Shown: positions 49,743 through 50,460 of the stretch, piece after piece
Layout: each line of letters begins with the position of its first letter
How positions within the stretch are numbered: the stretch's first letter is position 1
NCBI GenBank assembly: GCA_041497895.1
Contig: JBGQHJ010000017.1
Location: 1-50,460 of the forward strand
Direction of reading: 5' to 3'
From: Candidatus Methylomirabilia bacterium
GTDB lineage: Bacteria > Methylomirabilota > Methylomirabilia > Rokubacteriales > CSP1-6
DNA length: 50,460 bases
Notes under the pieces: model-generated
What the model was told of the DNA's origin: nothing
Databases searched by the model: none
Seen by the model: only the letters and a program-made list of their open reading frames with translations
Made by a program: the position numbers and the translations under genes

Positions 49743-50348
49743 CTACTCCTTCGTGGGATACATGGCGCGGGACAGCCGAGACCAAGGAGAGTTCGGCTTA
49801 GGAGCGGCGGGTGTGTACTCTAGTAAGGGCATGTCCCAGCGGGACACCTGCCTAGTCGTCACCGCCGAGACGTGGTTCGCCATGATCGACCGGGCGGTCG
49901 CCCCAGGGCTCGACCAGCTCCAAGAGTACAAAGTGCGCTGCCGGATCGTCATGGCTGGCGCCGAGGTCTTGATGGTCCACCCGTACGAGCTGGCCGAGGG
50001 CCCGGGGTCGTTTCGGCGGCTCGACAACGGGCCGGAAAGAGGAGCCGTTGGAGCGCGAGGGCCGGTAATACCAGGCAGCCACAAGTCCTCCGCCGGATCA
50101 CGCGGGAGGGCGCGGCACTTCTGGCGCCAAGCCGGGCCAAGTACGACCCTCTCCCCCTCAAAGGCGATACAGGAATCATCATAGGCATCGGGTCCGCGCA
50201 AGCCCTTGATCGTCTCTTCCAGAACCTCCGCGTCGAGCCCGGTCACCTGTTGGAGTTCCTCGCGGCTCATCGTCCGGTGGACGGTCTTGGCGGAACGATA
50301 GCGACTGCAGAGCGCTACGAAGACCAAAGTTTCTTCCTTGGCGCCCAT
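49743..50348 (-). CDS. Hypothetical protein; the first ~90 aa look winged-helix-like, the remainder is doubtful
   Basis: MSREELQQVTGLDAEVLEETIKGL looks like a helix-turn-helix; the distal part is Ser/Pro-rich and overlaps a plus-strand ORF. Confidence 0.35.
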   Translation of the reverse strand: MGAKEETLVFVALCSRYRSAKTVHRTMSREELQQVTGLDAEVLEETIKGLRGPDAYDDSCIAFEGERVVLGPAWRQKCRALPRDPAEDLWLPGITGPRAPTAPLSGPLSSRRNDPGPSASSYGWTIKTSAPAMTIRQRTLYSWSWSSPGATARSIMANHVSAVTTRQVSRWDMPLLEYTPAAPKPNSPWSRLSRAMYPTKE

Positions 50349-50460
50349 ATCTGCGCTGAGAATCATACCATCGCCTTAGGCTGCTCATCGGATGCCCACG
50401 CCCGGCCTTCGCCCGACTGGGAGAGGGACTGGACCTCTAGCGGTCGCTCCATGCAACCAC

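Noticed and set aside
49381..50184. 267-aa plus-strand ORF
   Set aside because: Its 5' part overlaps the cupin gene out of frame and no clear start was found; only about 49650-50000 looks protein-like, so it is treated as a possible fragment.
44350..50460. Prophage, IS element or integron
   Set aside because: No integrase, transposase, phage structural gene, terminal inverted repeat or convincing attC pattern was seen.

Overview
High-GC bacterial chromosome segment. The gene repertoire (multi-GAF kinase, zinc-ribbon/AAA/TPR cyclase, orphan PF04392 substrate-binding proteins) resembles Candidatus Rokubacteria/Methylomirabilota, which is an inference only. Positions 1-44350 are gene-dense: a Tat-exported ABC substrate-binding protein and trpB2; a 12-GAF hybrid histidine kinase with a REC-cyclase; rutE-like nitroreductase and a lone Mo-hydroxylase large subunit; a STAND-type cyclase; haloalkane, haloacid and halohydrin dehalogenase-family genes; an ECF42/YciI pair; acyl-CoA enzymes; a bfd-bfr-hemP-cytochrome c/FTR1 iron operon behind a perfect DtxR-like palindrome; a HelY-like helicase; and a tightly coupled operon (hypothetical, GGT-like, CMD protein, hypothetical, methyltransferase, YdjC deacetylase, ROK kinase, truncated alcohol dehydrogenase). 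The best hidden feature is an 81-aa AhpD/CMD-family protein at 41025-41270 that the ORF track misses. It has an in-frame TGA exactly at the redox Cys position, followed by an fdhF-like SECIS hairpin, so it is a probable selenoprotein with an unusual NxxU motif. After about 44350 the sequence changes abruptly into a lower-GC patchwork of orphan genes and fragments. No rRNA, tRNA, CRISPR array, integrase or transposase was recognised. All family calls come from motifs read by eye; no database searches were run.
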